Part shown: piece by piece, positions 43,161 to 53,017 of the stretch
How positions within the stretch are numbered: the stretch's first letter is position 1
How the letters are laid out: each line of letters begins with the position of its first letter
Source: an uncultured Pseudobdellovibrionaceae bacterium
GTDB taxonomy: Bacteria > Pseudomonadota > Alphaproteobacteria > Micavibrionales > Micavibrionaceae
Assembly (NCBI GenBank): GCA_964520985.1
Contig: CAZFPB010000002.1
Location: forward strand, 150,115 to 214,114
Reading direction: 5' to 3'
DNA: 64,000 nt
Notes under the pieces: model-generated
What the model saw: only the letters and a program-made list of their open reading frames with translations
Told to the model about the DNA's origin: nothing
Database searches by the model: none
Program-made: the position numbers and the translations under genes

Positions 43161-44348
43161 ATGTCTACGTTCAAAGTTCCTGTTACTCAAATCCTCGACA
43201 TTAAACCGATCGACGGCGCCGATAAAATCGAACTGGCAACAATCAAAGGCTATCAAGTTGTTGTTCAGAAAGGTGCGTTTGTGGTTGGCGATTATGTCGT
43301 GTACATTCCTGAAGATTCAATTGTTCCAGCCAACATTCTTCACACTCTAAATTTGACTGGAAAATTGGCTGGTCCTGATAAGAATCGTGTCAAAGCAATT
43401 AAATTGAAAGGCGTTGTGAGTCAAGGTATTGTTCTTCCGACACAATCCTTAGATAACGAAACGTTAATTGTTACGGTTCACCAAAATGATGAAGTTGGAC
43501 AAATCGCCTTGTGTGATCAATTCAACGATGGAGTTAAGACGTCTTATTGTGTACAACCAGACGAAGATGTCGCAACAATATTGCGAATTACCAAATATGA
43601 TCCGCCTATTCCTGTAGCAATGGCTGGTGAAGTGTATAATGCAGGAAAAGATGTGACTGTTCACTTTGACGTTGAGAACCTTAAATCGTATCCTGATGTC
43701 CTTGTGGAAGGTGAACCTGTTATTTTCACCGAAAAAGGTCACGGTACATTTACTGGTATTGGTATTTTGCCACCCTCGCATCGTGGTGGACAGCACATTG
43801 AAGGTAAATTTGTAATCTTCTCCAAAGGATTAGGAGCAGATGGATTGTGCTTTAAAGATAACGAAGCCAATAAAAATAACGTTTACCTTAAAACATTACG
43901 TGAGGCTGGCGTATTGCAAGCACTTAGTGATTATTGGGAAACGATGGTTAATAATGATGAACCAATGTTTATTCTTGGTGAAACGTATGGTGGTAGTGTT
44001 CAAAAAGGAATGAATTACGGAACGAACGTGCCCCAATTTAGAGCATTTAAAATTGTGGTTGGCTTTAGAGGTAATCAACGGTTCCTTGATTACTCAACAT
44101 ATTGGCAAATTATCGCGAAAATGGGGCTTCAAAAAATGCCGGTTTTGTATAGCGGACCATTTACTCAAGAAGCTGTTAAAATGTTCACGTCTGGACTCGA
44201 AACGCTTAGTGGTACTCAGTCCCACATTCGTGAGGGAATTGTAATTGAGCCAGAAATTCCGCGATATGATAACCAGATTGGTCATGTATTGCTCAAATCT
44301 GTTAGTGATGAATACCTGACTATGAAAGGTGTTTCTGATTATCGATGA
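43161..44348 (+). CDS. RNA ligase, Rnl2/Rnl5-like nucleotidyltransferase with N-terminal OB-like domain
   Basis: Motif I VIFTEKGHGTF (KxHGT), motif III FILGETYGGSVQKG, motif IV IREGIVIEPE, motif V VLLKSVSDEYLTMKG. The N-terminal approx. 90 aa resemble an OB/tRNA-binding-like fold. Confidence 0.6.
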   Translation: MSTFKVPVTQILDIKPIDGADKIELATIKGYQVVVQKGAFVVGDYVVYIPEDSIVPANILHTLNLTGKLAGPDKNRVKAIKLKGVVSQGIVLPTQSLDNETLIVTVHQNDEVGQIALCDQFNDGVKTSYCVQPDEDVATILRITKYDPPIPVAMAGEVYNAGKDVTVHFDVENLKSYPDVLVEGEPVIFTEKGHGTFTGIGILPPSHRGGQHIEGKFVIFSKGLGADGLCFKDNEANKNNVYLKTLREAGVLQALSDYWETMVNNDEPMFILGETYGGSVQKGMNYGTNVPQFRAFKIVVGFRGNQRFLDYSTYWQIIAKMGLQKMPVLYSGPFTQEAVKMFTSGLETLSGTQSHIREGIVIEPEIPRYDNQIGHVLLKSVSDEYLTMKGVSDYR

Positions 44349-44557
44349 AGAAATTAAAAGCAAATCAGCGACATGGATGTTATTACTGTAAACAGCAGGG
44401 GGTAAAAACTCCTGCTGTTTATAGAGGAGATGGAATTACTGGGGCATCGTATACTGCTTGTGAACAACATAAGCCAGATTTAGACAAATACGAACGAAAA
44501 CAATATGAACGCGATCAGCATTTAACAGAAGCTGATTATCAAACGTGGTATAGATAA
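44345..44557 (+). CDS. hypothetical small Cys-containing protein
   Basis: 70 aa; CYYCK...CEQH. Confidence 0.4.
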   Translation: MKKLKANQRHGCYYCKQQGVKTPAVYRGDGITGASYTACEQHKPDLDKYERKQYERDQHLTEADYQTWYR

Positions 44558-44558
44558 T

Positions 44559-44981
44559 ATGTCGTCTAGTCAACCCATTCACAATTTGATTCGTACAATC
44601 ACCAATCCATATTCATTGCTGTTTGGATCAGCAACGGCAACAGTTCTTCGTCATAACAATGTTGAAATGTTTGGGATATATTTCTCTTCTATCATTGTAA
44701 CGTTAATGTGGATTCTTTACATACTGATCATGATCGGCGTGTTCAGTGTATTGAGTATGTCTCCAGAAAACCTAAAAATGGTTAAAAGTGAGATGAAGTT
44801 GGAGAAATCTAATGTATGGAGACGTCATATTGGAATGTTGGCGTTTGCCATTGCTTATATGATGTTGGTATCTGTTGGATATGTCATTTCTGGAGTTGTA
44901 TTTTTCGTGTGTGCATACTTCATATATTCAATTGGGATTAAATGGACTAAAGAAGCCCAACAAAAAACATCAACCAGTTGA
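44559..44981 (+). CDS. hypothetical membrane protein
   Basis: Three to four hydrophobic helices. Confidence 0.45.
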   Translation: MSSSQPIHNLIRTITNPYSLLFGSATATVLRHNNVEMFGIYFSSIIVTLMWILYILIMIGVFSVLSMSPENLKMVKSEMKLEKSNVWRRHIGMLAFAIAYMMLVSVGYVISGVVFFVCAYFIYSIGIKWTKEAQQKTSTS

Positions 44982-45025
44982 CCTGTTGGTCAAAATAGTG
45001 TACCCTATAGTAAACATGTCAGAGG

Positions 45026-45277
45026 ATGTTCGTCATGGGTATTGGTACTGTTCAACTTGTCAAAAAAGTGGACTTTGATCCGCAAAATCCTGAACATATG
45101 GAAGCATTTGAGATGCTTTGCATTGGGACTAAAGACGAAGACGGCATAATTCGTTTTCGTCAACATCCCACACTACGATTCAATGTCAAATGGCCGTATA
45201 CGGATCTGAGAACGTTGATGTTTCATGCCGTAGGACGTGCATATGTGGAAACAAACAAGAAAGTAGCCAATGGGTAA
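45026..45277 (+). CDS. hypothetical protein
   Basis: 83 aa. Confidence 0.4.
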   Translation: MFVMGIGTVQLVKKVDFDPQNPEHMEAFEMLCIGTKDEDGIIRFRQHPTLRFNVKWPYTDLRTLMFHAVGRAYVETNKKVANG

Positions 45278-45566
45278 GTGTCCAATCTGTAAGCGCAAAC
45301 TAGGTGATGTTCTCGTCAATGGACACCATCTAATTCCTAAAGAAATGGGGGGCAAAGAAGTAATTGCCCTCCATAAAATTTGTCATGACAAAATTCATCA
45401 CACGTTTGCTAACCACGAATTGGCAAGCGTGTATAACACTGTTGAAATGATTGTTTCCCATCCGGAAATCATCAAATTCATCAAGTGGATTAAAAACAAA
45501 GAGCCTAGTTTTTACGATAAAAGCAAAGATACTGCTCACCGTCGTAGCAAACGACGAAAACGATAA
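45270..45566 (+). CDS. HNH endonuclease (small)
   Basis: CPICKRK...NGHHLIPKEMGGKE...LHKICHDKIHH is an HNH motif; basic C-terminal tail. Confidence 0.65.
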   Translation: MGKCPICKRKLGDVLVNGHHLIPKEMGGKEVIALHKICHDKIHHTFANHELASVYNTVEMIVSHPEIIKFIKWIKNKEPSFYDKSKDTAHRRSKRRKR

Positions 45567-45746
45567 TAAATAGCTTGATGAACGATAATAAATCTGATAC
45601 CAAAAACGCATCCGACATTAAAAGACTGCAACAGGCTGTTGTAACCTTACAACGGCAAGTTAACCATTTGTCTAAAGAAAACCGTCGCATTAAAGCTGAC
45701 TATGAACGGTTGCAAAACAACATTAACATAATACTAAGAAAATTAA

Positions 45747-46163
45747 ATGGTTAATTTCATTATTCCTATACTTAAATTTGTAAAAGACAACTGGAAAGTA
45801 ACTATAGTTAGTATACTCGCTGTAAGTCTGTTCTTTTACGTAGACGGATTACGTGATGACGTCACACAACTAACTAACGAACTGAAACTAGCCAACCAAC
45901 AAATTGAAATGAATCAATTTCAAATTGAATTGTGTGCTGACGCAAATAAAGTATTGCGAGATCAAATTAGTGGGTTTAATAATGTTATTTCTGATTGGTC
46001 TAAAGTATCACAGCAACACATTGCTAAAATGGAAGGACTAACTGTAATAATTAATAAACAGCATCAATCTGTCACTGCTCAAATATCAAAAATATTAGCA
46101 GGTGAACAACCACAAACGTGTGAAGATGCAATCCAATATCTGATCTACGAGGCTAACAAATGA
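45747..46163 (+). CDS. i-spanin-like protein (N-terminal TM + coiled coil)
   Basis: N-terminal TM helix and a coiled-coil periplasmic part. ATGA overlap with the downstream lipoprotein gene. Confidence 0.5.
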   Translation: MVNFIIPILKFVKDNWKVTIVSILAVSLFFYVDGLRDDVTQLTNELKLANQQIEMNQFQIELCADANKVLRDQISGFNNVISDWSKVSQQHIAKMEGLTVIINKQHQSVTAQISKILAGEQPQTCEDAIQYLIYEANK

Positions 46164-46495
46164 AAAAGTTAGCATTGATTGCAATGTGTGTTGTTTTAGT
46201 GGCATGTCAAAAAACTTTTGTTAAACCTGAAATCGTTTACGTTGATAAACCAGTATTCACTTGTCCAGCTCCTCCTGCCGTTCCACAATATCAACTGTTA
46301 ACTTCCACATTAACGAGAGATGATGCGAAGAATCCTGGAAAAGTTGCACAATATTACAATGCTGATATTGTTCAATTAAAGGGAACGATTGAGATATATG
46401 AAATGATTTTGCAACAATACAAAGCAGGCGCCATTGATACACAACAATTACAGCAACGTGTTGATGCTCTTTATAATGAGTTAAAACAGAAATAA
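46160..46495 (+). CDS. o-spanin-like lipoprotein
   Basis: Signal peptide MKKLALIAMCVVLVAC with lipobox LVAC; 111 aa. Confidence 0.5.
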   Translation: MKKLALIAMCVVLVACQKTFVKPEIVYVDKPVFTCPAPPAVPQYQLLTSTLTRDDAKNPGKVAQYYNADIVQLKGTIEIYEMILQQYKAGAIDTQQLQQRVDALYNELKQK

Positions 46496-46530
46496 TAACA
46501 TAAATATTGCCATCTACCGATGGATAATAT

Positions 46531-46809
46531 ATGAAACTTGATCAAGTGCTTCTCGAAAAGAAATCTCATTTTCAAATTCTAAAGCAGAATGAGATTCCTT
46601 TAACATCACAAGAACGTGAAGAAGCAATTAAGCGGAAAGCTGTGTGGGATTTTAGCCACGTAAAAACACCAACTTCAGCCATTTGGAAAGGTAAGAATTC
46701 CAAAGGTGATATTGAGTACGTCACTAATACACATCGCGCATATAACACTGCACCTACATTAAAAGGTGCTATTCGTCGCTTCCACGATTTTATTAAAGGT
46801 ACTGCATAA
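46531..46809 (+). CDS. hypothetical protein
   Basis: 92 aa. Confidence 0.4.
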   Translation: MKLDQVLLEKKSHFQILKQNEIPLTSQEREEAIKRKAVWDFSHVKTPTSAIWKGKNSKGDIEYVTNTHRAYNTAPTLKGAIRRFHDFIKGTA

Positions 46810-46810
46810 A

Positions 46811-47557
46811 ATGTATCCAGGACAGGAAAACGAATTATCAAAAGTTGCTAAGAAAATGAAAACCCGTAAACAGCTGTCAAAGACAGATTACGGTGGTTCA
46901 AAGAACGTTTCGATTGAAAAGGTAAACCTATGTGCAACTGATGGATCTGGTAAGTGCTACGGATCGCGCGCCATTGCTGTTAAATCAGAAGACCAAGACA
47001 TGTCAGTTCTGCAAATGCTTCACACATTAAATGAAGCAGATGACATTTCTGCATTGCCTGACATGGTGATTAAAGAAATTCAAGGTAAAGTTCGCGAAGG
47101 TGCAAAAGACTTAGATCAGAAATGGGCTAATGCTCTTGAACTTGCTCATAAAGCATATCAAGTTTGCAACGTTCGATTGCCTACTCCAGCACAAACAGGA
47201 GCATGGAAACAATACGAAGACATGATCACATATGCTGTCAAGCAATTAGCAGCAACTCGTGGTTTGGATGGTGATTGGAGAATGACTTCGGCTGTTGTAG
47301 TTGAGAATGAGAACGGTAAGCCACAACATATTGGAACTCGTCGTTTCTTTGTTGAAATCCCTGGTGCTGAAACCAAAGAGGTCGCCGCTAAAGACCTTGA
47401 TGAAATCATTGATAAGATCACAAATAAAGTTCGCTCTAGTAGACACGTTCACAATACAAAAGTAACTGTTGACCATCGTACAGAACATGGTGCCATTTTG
47501 TATGTGTGGGTGGATAATGTTAAGAGGGAGAAGGTTGTAATTAAACAACACGCATAA
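46811..47557 (+). CDS. hypothetical protein
   Basis: Start at ATG 46811. A 9-bp hairpin (47561-47582) follows. Confidence 0.45.
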   Translation: MYPGQENELSKVAKKMKTRKQLSKTDYGGSKNVSIEKVNLCATDGSGKCYGSRAIAVKSEDQDMSVLQMLHTLNEADDISALPDMVIKEIQGKVREGAKDLDQKWANALELAHKAYQVCNVRLPTPAQTGAWKQYEDMITYAVKQLAATRGLDGDWRMTSAVVVENENGKPQHIGTRRFFVEIPGAETKEVAAKDLDEIIDKITNKVRSSRHVHNTKVTVDHRTEHGAILYVWVDNVKREKVVIKQHA

Positions 47558-47583
47558 CCATATTCTCCCAGTCTTGGGAGAAT

Positions 47584-48102
47584 ATGATGCAACAATTGAC
47601 GAGTCGCAATCAAATATTGGATTGGTTGTTTGCTCATGATAAGGCTATACGTAGCAGACGCAAATATTTGATACGGTACGATGACACTGATAATACGTGG
47701 TATGTTTCAGTTAATGGTGATTTATCTCTTGTATATGCAGATATAACTTGTATTCCCTTCCGTCTGGATTTCATCCATGGCAGCTTTAATGCACAGCATA
47801 CAAAAATATCAAATGTGTCAGATCTCCCAGCTCATGTTTTTGGAAGTCTTGGCATTAGTCATACCAAAATAACTTCGTTACATAACATTCATCATTTTGT
47901 ACAATCATGTCACACGTTTGTATCCGGATCTGATCATGTCACTCATCTTCTTGGGTTGTTTTCAATTGAAAGATTGAATCGTGTAATAACAATTGAAAAT
48001 GATACTATGGAAATCATAAACAGACATTTACCCTCACGCAATATGTTAGCTTGTCAGGAAGAACTAATTGATGCTGGTTACGTCGAGTGTGCGAAACTAT
48101 GA
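47584..48102 (+). CDS. paralogous repeat-family protein (family A)
   Basis: C-terminal MLACQEELIDAGYVECAKL. Confidence 0.6.
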   Translation: MMQQLTSRNQILDWLFAHDKAIRSRRKYLIRYDDTDNTWYVSVNGDLSLVYADITCIPFRLDFIHGSFNAQHTKISNVSDLPAHVFGSLGISHTKITSLHNIHHFVQSCHTFVSGSDHVTHLLGLFSIERLNRVITIENDTMEIINRHLPSRNMLACQEELIDAGYVECAKL

Positions 48103-48833
48103 GTAAAAATGCGTGGTCTAAATTTCAAGATATGTTTATTGCTCGTACGTTGCCTCCTGAAGAAATTGAACGAAGGAAGCGAGCACATGAAGAGTACCTA
48201 TTTCAAGAATTAGTTCATAAAAGTATTTACGATTTACGGCTATCGTTTACCGGGTTTCATATTGACCATGCCCGCCGGTGTGTTGATTTCAAAGATCCAG
48301 TGAATGTTCGTGGGTATAACGGCTCAGAGCTACCATTTCAATTTGGAACCGTTCGTAGCATGTGTCAATTTGAATCTTGCGAACTTCGAACGATCAAACA
48401 TCTTCCAACGATGACATCACATGGCTCCCTATATGTCCATCGATGTAAACTAAACACGCTTGACTATGACATCATTAATTACAAGCATGATGTTACATAT
48501 CAATTTTCAGATAATGGAATAACACATTTTACCAATAAGATTGTGTTGCCATATGGAAAACTGACTTTAATGGAACCTGGCATTAAATCGTTAAAGAATA
48601 TTCATCATTTTATTAACGTGAGATCGTTAACATTATCATGTCCAATTGACAGTAATGTTCTCGGATTGTTGTTAATACCTTCTTTAGAGGCTTTATCTTT
48701 TGTTTTTTCGAAAGAGTACGCTCATTTAAATCAAGTAATGGATATTGTGTGTCGACATTTAGACACAAGAAACATTTTAGCCTGCCAAGAAGAGTTAATT
48801 GATGCAGGTTTTGGAGATTATGCGAAGTTATGA
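48099..48833 (+). CDS. paralogous repeat-family protein (family A)
   Basis: C-terminal ILACQEELIDAGFGDYAKL; start at ATG 48099. Confidence 0.55.
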   Translation: MSKNAWSKFQDMFIARTLPPEEIERRKRAHEEYLFQELVHKSIYDLRLSFTGFHIDHARRCVDFKDPVNVRGYNGSELPFQFGTVRSMCQFESCELRTIKHLPTMTSHGSLYVHRCKLNTLDYDIINYKHDVTYQFSDNGITHFTNKIVLPYGKLTLMEPGIKSLKNIHHFINVRSLTLSCPIDSNVLGLLLIPSLEALSFVFSKEYAHLNQVMDIVCRHLDTRNILACQEELIDAGFGDYAKL

Positions 48834-49498
48834 CAGAAGATGATAAACTATCTCAATTTGTTGAAAATGCTACAAAAGGAATTGAAGAACTTAATTTGGG
48901 TGATCATTATTACGTAATGAACGCTAAGATGTTAACCGTTGATTTCAGGCAATCAGTTGAGATTAAAGAGTACCACAAAGAAGAATTACCATTTCAGTTT
49001 GGACCGGTTGAAGGATCTTTTTCTATTGCAAATAGTAATATTAGAAATCTTAAAGGCATTCCTCCACATTGTTATGGGAGTGGAATTAGTATATTGGGTT
49101 GTGAGTTACAATCATTACAACATCACAGTTTTGATCCCAATTTTTCTACAGAAATAGTGATTGAAGGTGGGCATCTTACTAAAATAGATGTTCCGATTAA
49201 CTTACCTAAAGGTTATATTCGCATAACTCACACTGACATAACTAATTTGAAAGATATTCATAAAGTTCTGCGGGTTAGAGCATTAAGAATGTTTTCAAAT
49301 CCAATAAAATCTCATGTGCTTGGACTTCTGTTAATTCCTGAATTAACAAGTTTCACATTAGATGCATATTCTATAAATTTTGATGAAAGTCTTAGAGCAG
49401 CGAGTAAAATTTTACAAAAACATCTCGACACACGAAATATTCTTGCTTGTCAAGAAGATTTAATAGATGCTGGCTTATGCGAATTCGCTAAACTTTAA
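48830..49498 (+). CDS. paralogous repeat-family protein (family A)
   Basis: C-terminal ILACQEDLIDAGLCEFAKL. Confidence 0.6.
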   Translation: MTEDDKLSQFVENATKGIEELNLGDHYYVMNAKMLTVDFRQSVEIKEYHKEELPFQFGPVEGSFSIANSNIRNLKGIPPHCYGSGISILGCELQSLQHHSFDPNFSTEIVIEGGHLTKIDVPINLPKGYIRITHTDITNLKDIHKVLRVRALRMFSNPIKSHVLGLLLIPELTSFTLDAYSINFDESLRAASKILQKHLDTRNILACQEDLIDAGLCEFAKL

Positions 49499-49518
49499 TA
49501 ACAACGGAGAAAAATAAT

Positions 49519-50229
49519 ATGACCGAAGATCAAAACATTTCATGTTCTATGATGGGTGAAGCAAACGTACCAGTTGTACCAGTTGTACACAAGCATATTG
49601 ATTATGGATGTGGAGAAACAAAAGCTGTTAGTGAAACAAGGTTAAATCGATTGCAACAAGCTGAATCTGACTTGGTCTATAGTTTGTGGGAGGTTTATAA
49701 AATAAGTCAACTAACTACATACACTTTATATCCAGTAGAACTGGGTTTAACTTATAAACTTTCTCCCTTAGGTGTGTTCTTTTGGACGATTACTGCTCAC
49801 GGATACGATAATAAATCTGCTAGTGAACATTTTGTGGCTGACATGCAAGATCCAACTAAAACTCTTGAGAGTATTAAAAGAGTTGTAGATTCCGTTACTG
49901 ATCAAGTACAACCAAAAATTACCATTGCAAAAAATAATTGGGATATGATGATCGATTATTCTCATGTAGTAAAAGTACCAAAAGAATATTTAATCCAACC
50001 TATGGAAAGCGTTAGTTTAACGCGCCTTAGAGAACAACTCGGATTACAACAGTCAGGATTAATCACATCTGAAGAACCAGTTCAACTTCAAGTTGATTTT
50101 GAAGCGTTCAATTTGTGGAACTGTGGTGCTGGAATTGGTATTGCAGGCGACGAACCTAACCAAGTAGAACAAGACAAAGAAGTATCAGCTATTAGCGACT
50201 ATGATCGTGCAATGAAGATTGTTCGTTGA
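49519..50229 (+). CDS. hypothetical protein
   Basis: 236 aa. Confidence 0.45.
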   Translation: MTEDQNISCSMMGEANVPVVPVVHKHIDYGCGETKAVSETRLNRLQQAESDLVYSLWEVYKISQLTTYTLYPVELGLTYKLSPLGVFFWTITAHGYDNKSASEHFVADMQDPTKTLESIKRVVDSVTDQVQPKITIAKNNWDMMIDYSHVVKVPKEYLIQPMESVSLTRLREQLGLQQSGLITSEEPVQLQVDFEAFNLWNCGAGIGIAGDEPNQVEQDKEVSAISDYDRAMKIVR

Positions 50230-50288
50230 TATAATCGATTGAATAGTGTAGCATCTCCACAAATAATTATAACAAATGGAGATGCTAC

Positions 50289-51140
50289 ATGCACATCAAA
50301 GGGTATTCACCAAGTTTCTGTTTTATTGCTCCAACCGATTACTTACACTACGTTACTGGAGCCACTAACACCCATCTTGTCCTTGCACATTTAGTAGATA
50401 AAGATCCTGTTTACGCTGAATTTTATAAAAATCGTAGTGAACAAGGTGATCTTGTTATTTGTGATAACGGTGCATATGAACTTGGACACAGCTACGATCC
50501 TAATAAACTAATCGAACTTGGACGTAAATGTGGTGCTGAAGTATTAGTTCTTCCCGATTATCCATTTGAACAAGCCTCTAAAACGATAGCTGCAGCCGTT
50601 GAATACATTCCTTTGTTTAAACAAGCAGGTTTCAAAACGTTCTTTGTTCCTCAATCACAGAGAGGCGACTTAGAAGATTGGATTGCTGGATATACATGGG
50701 CTGCTCGTCATCCTGATATTGATTGCATTGGATATTCTATTCTTGGAATTCCAAATGCTTTGCCTGAAATTGAACCATCTTATGCTCGTGTAGTAATGGC
50801 ACAAATTCTTAACACTCGTAAAATCTATGCATATGATAAACACAGTCATTACTTAGGTCTTAATGCAGGTCCTGGATTAGAGATTCCATCGCTGTTGCGA
50901 ATGGGCGTACTTGATACTGTGGATTCATCTGGTCCAGTTTGGGCTGCAATTCTTGGTCACCAATACAGCGATGATTACGATAGCTTACAAGCTGGTCGTA
51001 AAATCAAAATGCCTGTGCAATTTGATCTCAAGTTAACGAAAGACTTGGATACGATGAAACGTATTCAAAATAATATAGCTAAAACCCTTGCTTTGTTTAA
51101 CGATGATGACAAACAATCTATTTGGTACGCACAAGAATAA
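50289..51140 (+). CDS. tRNA-guanine-transglycosylase-like protein (DpdA-like, putative 7-deazaguanine DNA transglycosylase)
   Basis: HYLGLNAGPGLEIPSLLRMGVLDTVDSSGPVWAAILGH parallels the TGT signature hLfGvGxPxDxxxxVxxGvDmFDcVxPTRxARxG. Confidence 0.5.
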   Translation: MHIKGYSPSFCFIAPTDYLHYVTGATNTHLVLAHLVDKDPVYAEFYKNRSEQGDLVICDNGAYELGHSYDPNKLIELGRKCGAEVLVLPDYPFEQASKTIAAAVEYIPLFKQAGFKTFFVPQSQRGDLEDWIAGYTWAARHPDIDCIGYSILGIPNALPEIEPSYARVVMAQILNTRKIYAYDKHSHYLGLNAGPGLEIPSLLRMGVLDTVDSSGPVWAAILGHQYSDDYDSLQAGRKIKMPVQFDLKLTKDLDTMKRIQNNIAKTLALFNDDDKQSIWYAQE

Positions 51141-51154
51141 TAAGGAAAGATGCC

Positions 51155-51727
51155 ATGGTTATAATGGAACATTTATGGAACCACCCAGCAGGTGGTTCTG
51201 CACACTTTGAGTATTCAAAACTAAAAGAACTTGAGTTGTTAACGTTAGTTGCTGACATGATGAAATGGCCGTCCGCTCGGGGGGATCGGCAAGGATACAA
51301 TCCTGGATACGACGGTTGGATTGGTGAAAAAACGTTCGAAGTTAAATTCCAATCCAGTGCAGAAATGATAATTGAATACGCTCGTTACGATGGAACTCCA
51401 TCTGGAATATCGTTATCGACAGCTGATTACTGGTTATTAGTAAACAGAAGTTCAATTAAAGCTAAACCAGCAGGCAAAGTTCGTTGTTTGCCAACCGCGA
51501 CTCTTCGGGATTATGTTGATCAATCCATTATTATGAATAACGTGCGAGTATATGAGCCATCAGCATCAGGCCCGGGTAGTCGTAATGTTACATTGGATCC
51601 GTGGAAATTAGGTGATGATGGTTGGATGTTCGATGTTCCAGCCATTCTTGAATTTGACAAAGTAATTGGATACAATTTGAATTTACATTCAATTAATCAA
51701 AACTATAAAAGACAACATACACTATAA
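51155..51727 (+). CDS. hypothetical protein
   Basis: Start at ATG 51155 (RBS AAGGAAAGA). Confidence 0.45.
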   Translation: MVIMEHLWNHPAGGSAHFEYSKLKELELLTLVADMMKWPSARGDRQGYNPGYDGWIGEKTFEVKFQSSAEMIIEYARYDGTPSGISLSTADYWLLVNRSSIKAKPAGKVRCLPTATLRDYVDQSIIMNNVRVYEPSASGPGSRNVTLDPWKLGDDGWMFDVPAILEFDKVIGYNLNLHSINQNYKRQHTL

Positions 51728-51737
51728 GGAAAATACC

Positions 51738-51971
51738 ATGTCTAAATATCAAATCAATGACGAAGAACAACAAAATATTAACAACTGGTTTGTGTATCAT
51801 GCACCTAAGAGTGATCAACTTAATCGTTATCAAGAACTGCGTGACGCAGGTAAACAACTTGCAGAAACTATTCTGAAAAACTGCCCGCCAAGTCCTGATC
51901 GTACTGTAGCTATTCGTAAGATTCGTGAAGCGATCATGGTTGCAAATGCTTCTATTGCTTGCTACGAATAA
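51738..51971 (+). CDS. hypothetical small protein
   Basis: 77 aa. Confidence 0.4.
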   Translation: MSKYQINDEEQQNINNWFVYHAPKSDQLNRYQELRDAGKQLAETILKNCPPSPDRTVAIRKIREAIMVANASIACYE

Positions 51972-51977
51972 GGAACT

Positions 51978-52298
51978 GTGATGGCAAATGTATTAACTAT
52001 GGAACGTGTTTTCGAGTTAATCCGTGAAGAGCGTGCTTATCAAGATAGCAAGTATGGTGTTGATAAAGAGCAATCGCTTGCTGGTTTTATTGCTGTTCTT
52101 CGTGCTGAACTTGTTGAAGCGGAAGAAGGATGGATTAAAAACAAAGTGGGGAGAAATTCCCCACTTCACGAGATTTTACAAGTTGCAGCAACTGCTGTTG
52201 CATGTCTTGAAAAATATGGAGCTACAGGTACAACGATTTCAACAGATGATCGTCAACCTTCATGGCCTTACGAAATTCTAAATCAAGATACTCCATGA
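51978..52298 (+). CDS. hypothetical protein
   Basis: 106 aa. Confidence 0.4.
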   Translation: MMANVLTMERVFELIREERAYQDSKYGVDKEQSLAGFIAVLRAELVEAEEGWIKNKVGRNSPLHEILQVAATAVACLEKYGATGTTISTDDRQPSWPYEILNQDTP

Positions 52299-52462
52299 GT
52301 AAATTACACGCTGAGTTGGTTTGGTTGCAAAATTATGAATTTTCGTTACTAACACAAGTTCGAATCGGTACATTATTCAAACAAGTGAAACGTAAATTCG
52401 AACTTGAATTAGACAACTCAGTTAAATTGAAATGGGTAAAAATAGATGGACTCAACGATTGA
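52262..52462 (+). CDS. small paralog (ELxWLxxYE N-terminal motif family), copy 1
   Basis: MSKLHAELVWLQNYEF; one of four tandem 66-82 aa ORFs sharing this N-terminus. Confidence 0.4.
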   Translation: MALRNSKSRYSMSKLHAELVWLQNYEFSLLTQVRIGTLFKQVKRKFELELDNSVKLKWVKIDGLND

Positions 52463-52643
52463 AACTTTGGCTGATGCCTTAACATATCTCAAGCAACATC
52501 ATGAACAACAGATGACGGAAGCAATTGCAACTGCTATTAAAGATGAAATAGATAGAGAACTGTTGAGAACACTAGTTGGAAAAGCCAATGATGCACAAAC
52601 GCGTACAACTGTGAGTCAGATATTGAATGACATCATTGAATGA
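52446..52643 (+). CDS. hypothetical small protein
   Basis: 65 aa. Confidence 0.35.
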   Translation: MDSTIETLADALTYLKQHHEQQMTEAIATAIKDEIDRELLRTLVGKANDAQTRTTVSQILNDIIE

Positions 52644-52842
52644 AGAATTGAGATGGGTACAATCGTACGATCTAAGAAAAACCATGGTAGATTTGTTTGG
52701 CGAAAAGTTTGATCAAATTACGCACGTATCATATGATGAAGATCAAGAGTGGATTAATGTTATGATTAAGCCTATCACGCCCGTCAGTCACATTATAATA
52801 AAAACCATAATATCTGGTGAGTCTAATGACATCAATCTTTAA
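52627..52842 (+). CDS. small paralog (ELxWLxxYE family), copy 2
   Basis: MTSLNEELRWVQSYDL. Confidence 0.4.
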   Translation: MTSLNEELRWVQSYDLRKTMVDLFGEKFDQITHVSYDEDQEWINVMIKPITPVSHIIIKTIISGESNDINL

Positions 52843-53017
52843 TGAGCTTGAATGGTTAGCAATATATGAGACGGGTAATAAGTCTTACCACCAACTAGCA
52901 ACAGAATGTATTGAAACCATTGTTGAAATGCGTGAATTAGTAACTGAACTAGAATCGTTGTTGGAAGAAATTACACCGACCTTAGCTGCCATGGAACAAT
53001 GGAGATTTGATATATGA
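52817..53017 (+). CDS. small paralog (ELxWLxxYE family), copy 3
   Basis: MSLMTSIFNELEWLAIYE. Confidence 0.4.
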   Translation: MSLMTSIFNELEWLAIYETGNKSYHQLATECIETIVEMRELVTELESLLEEITPTLAAMEQWRFDI

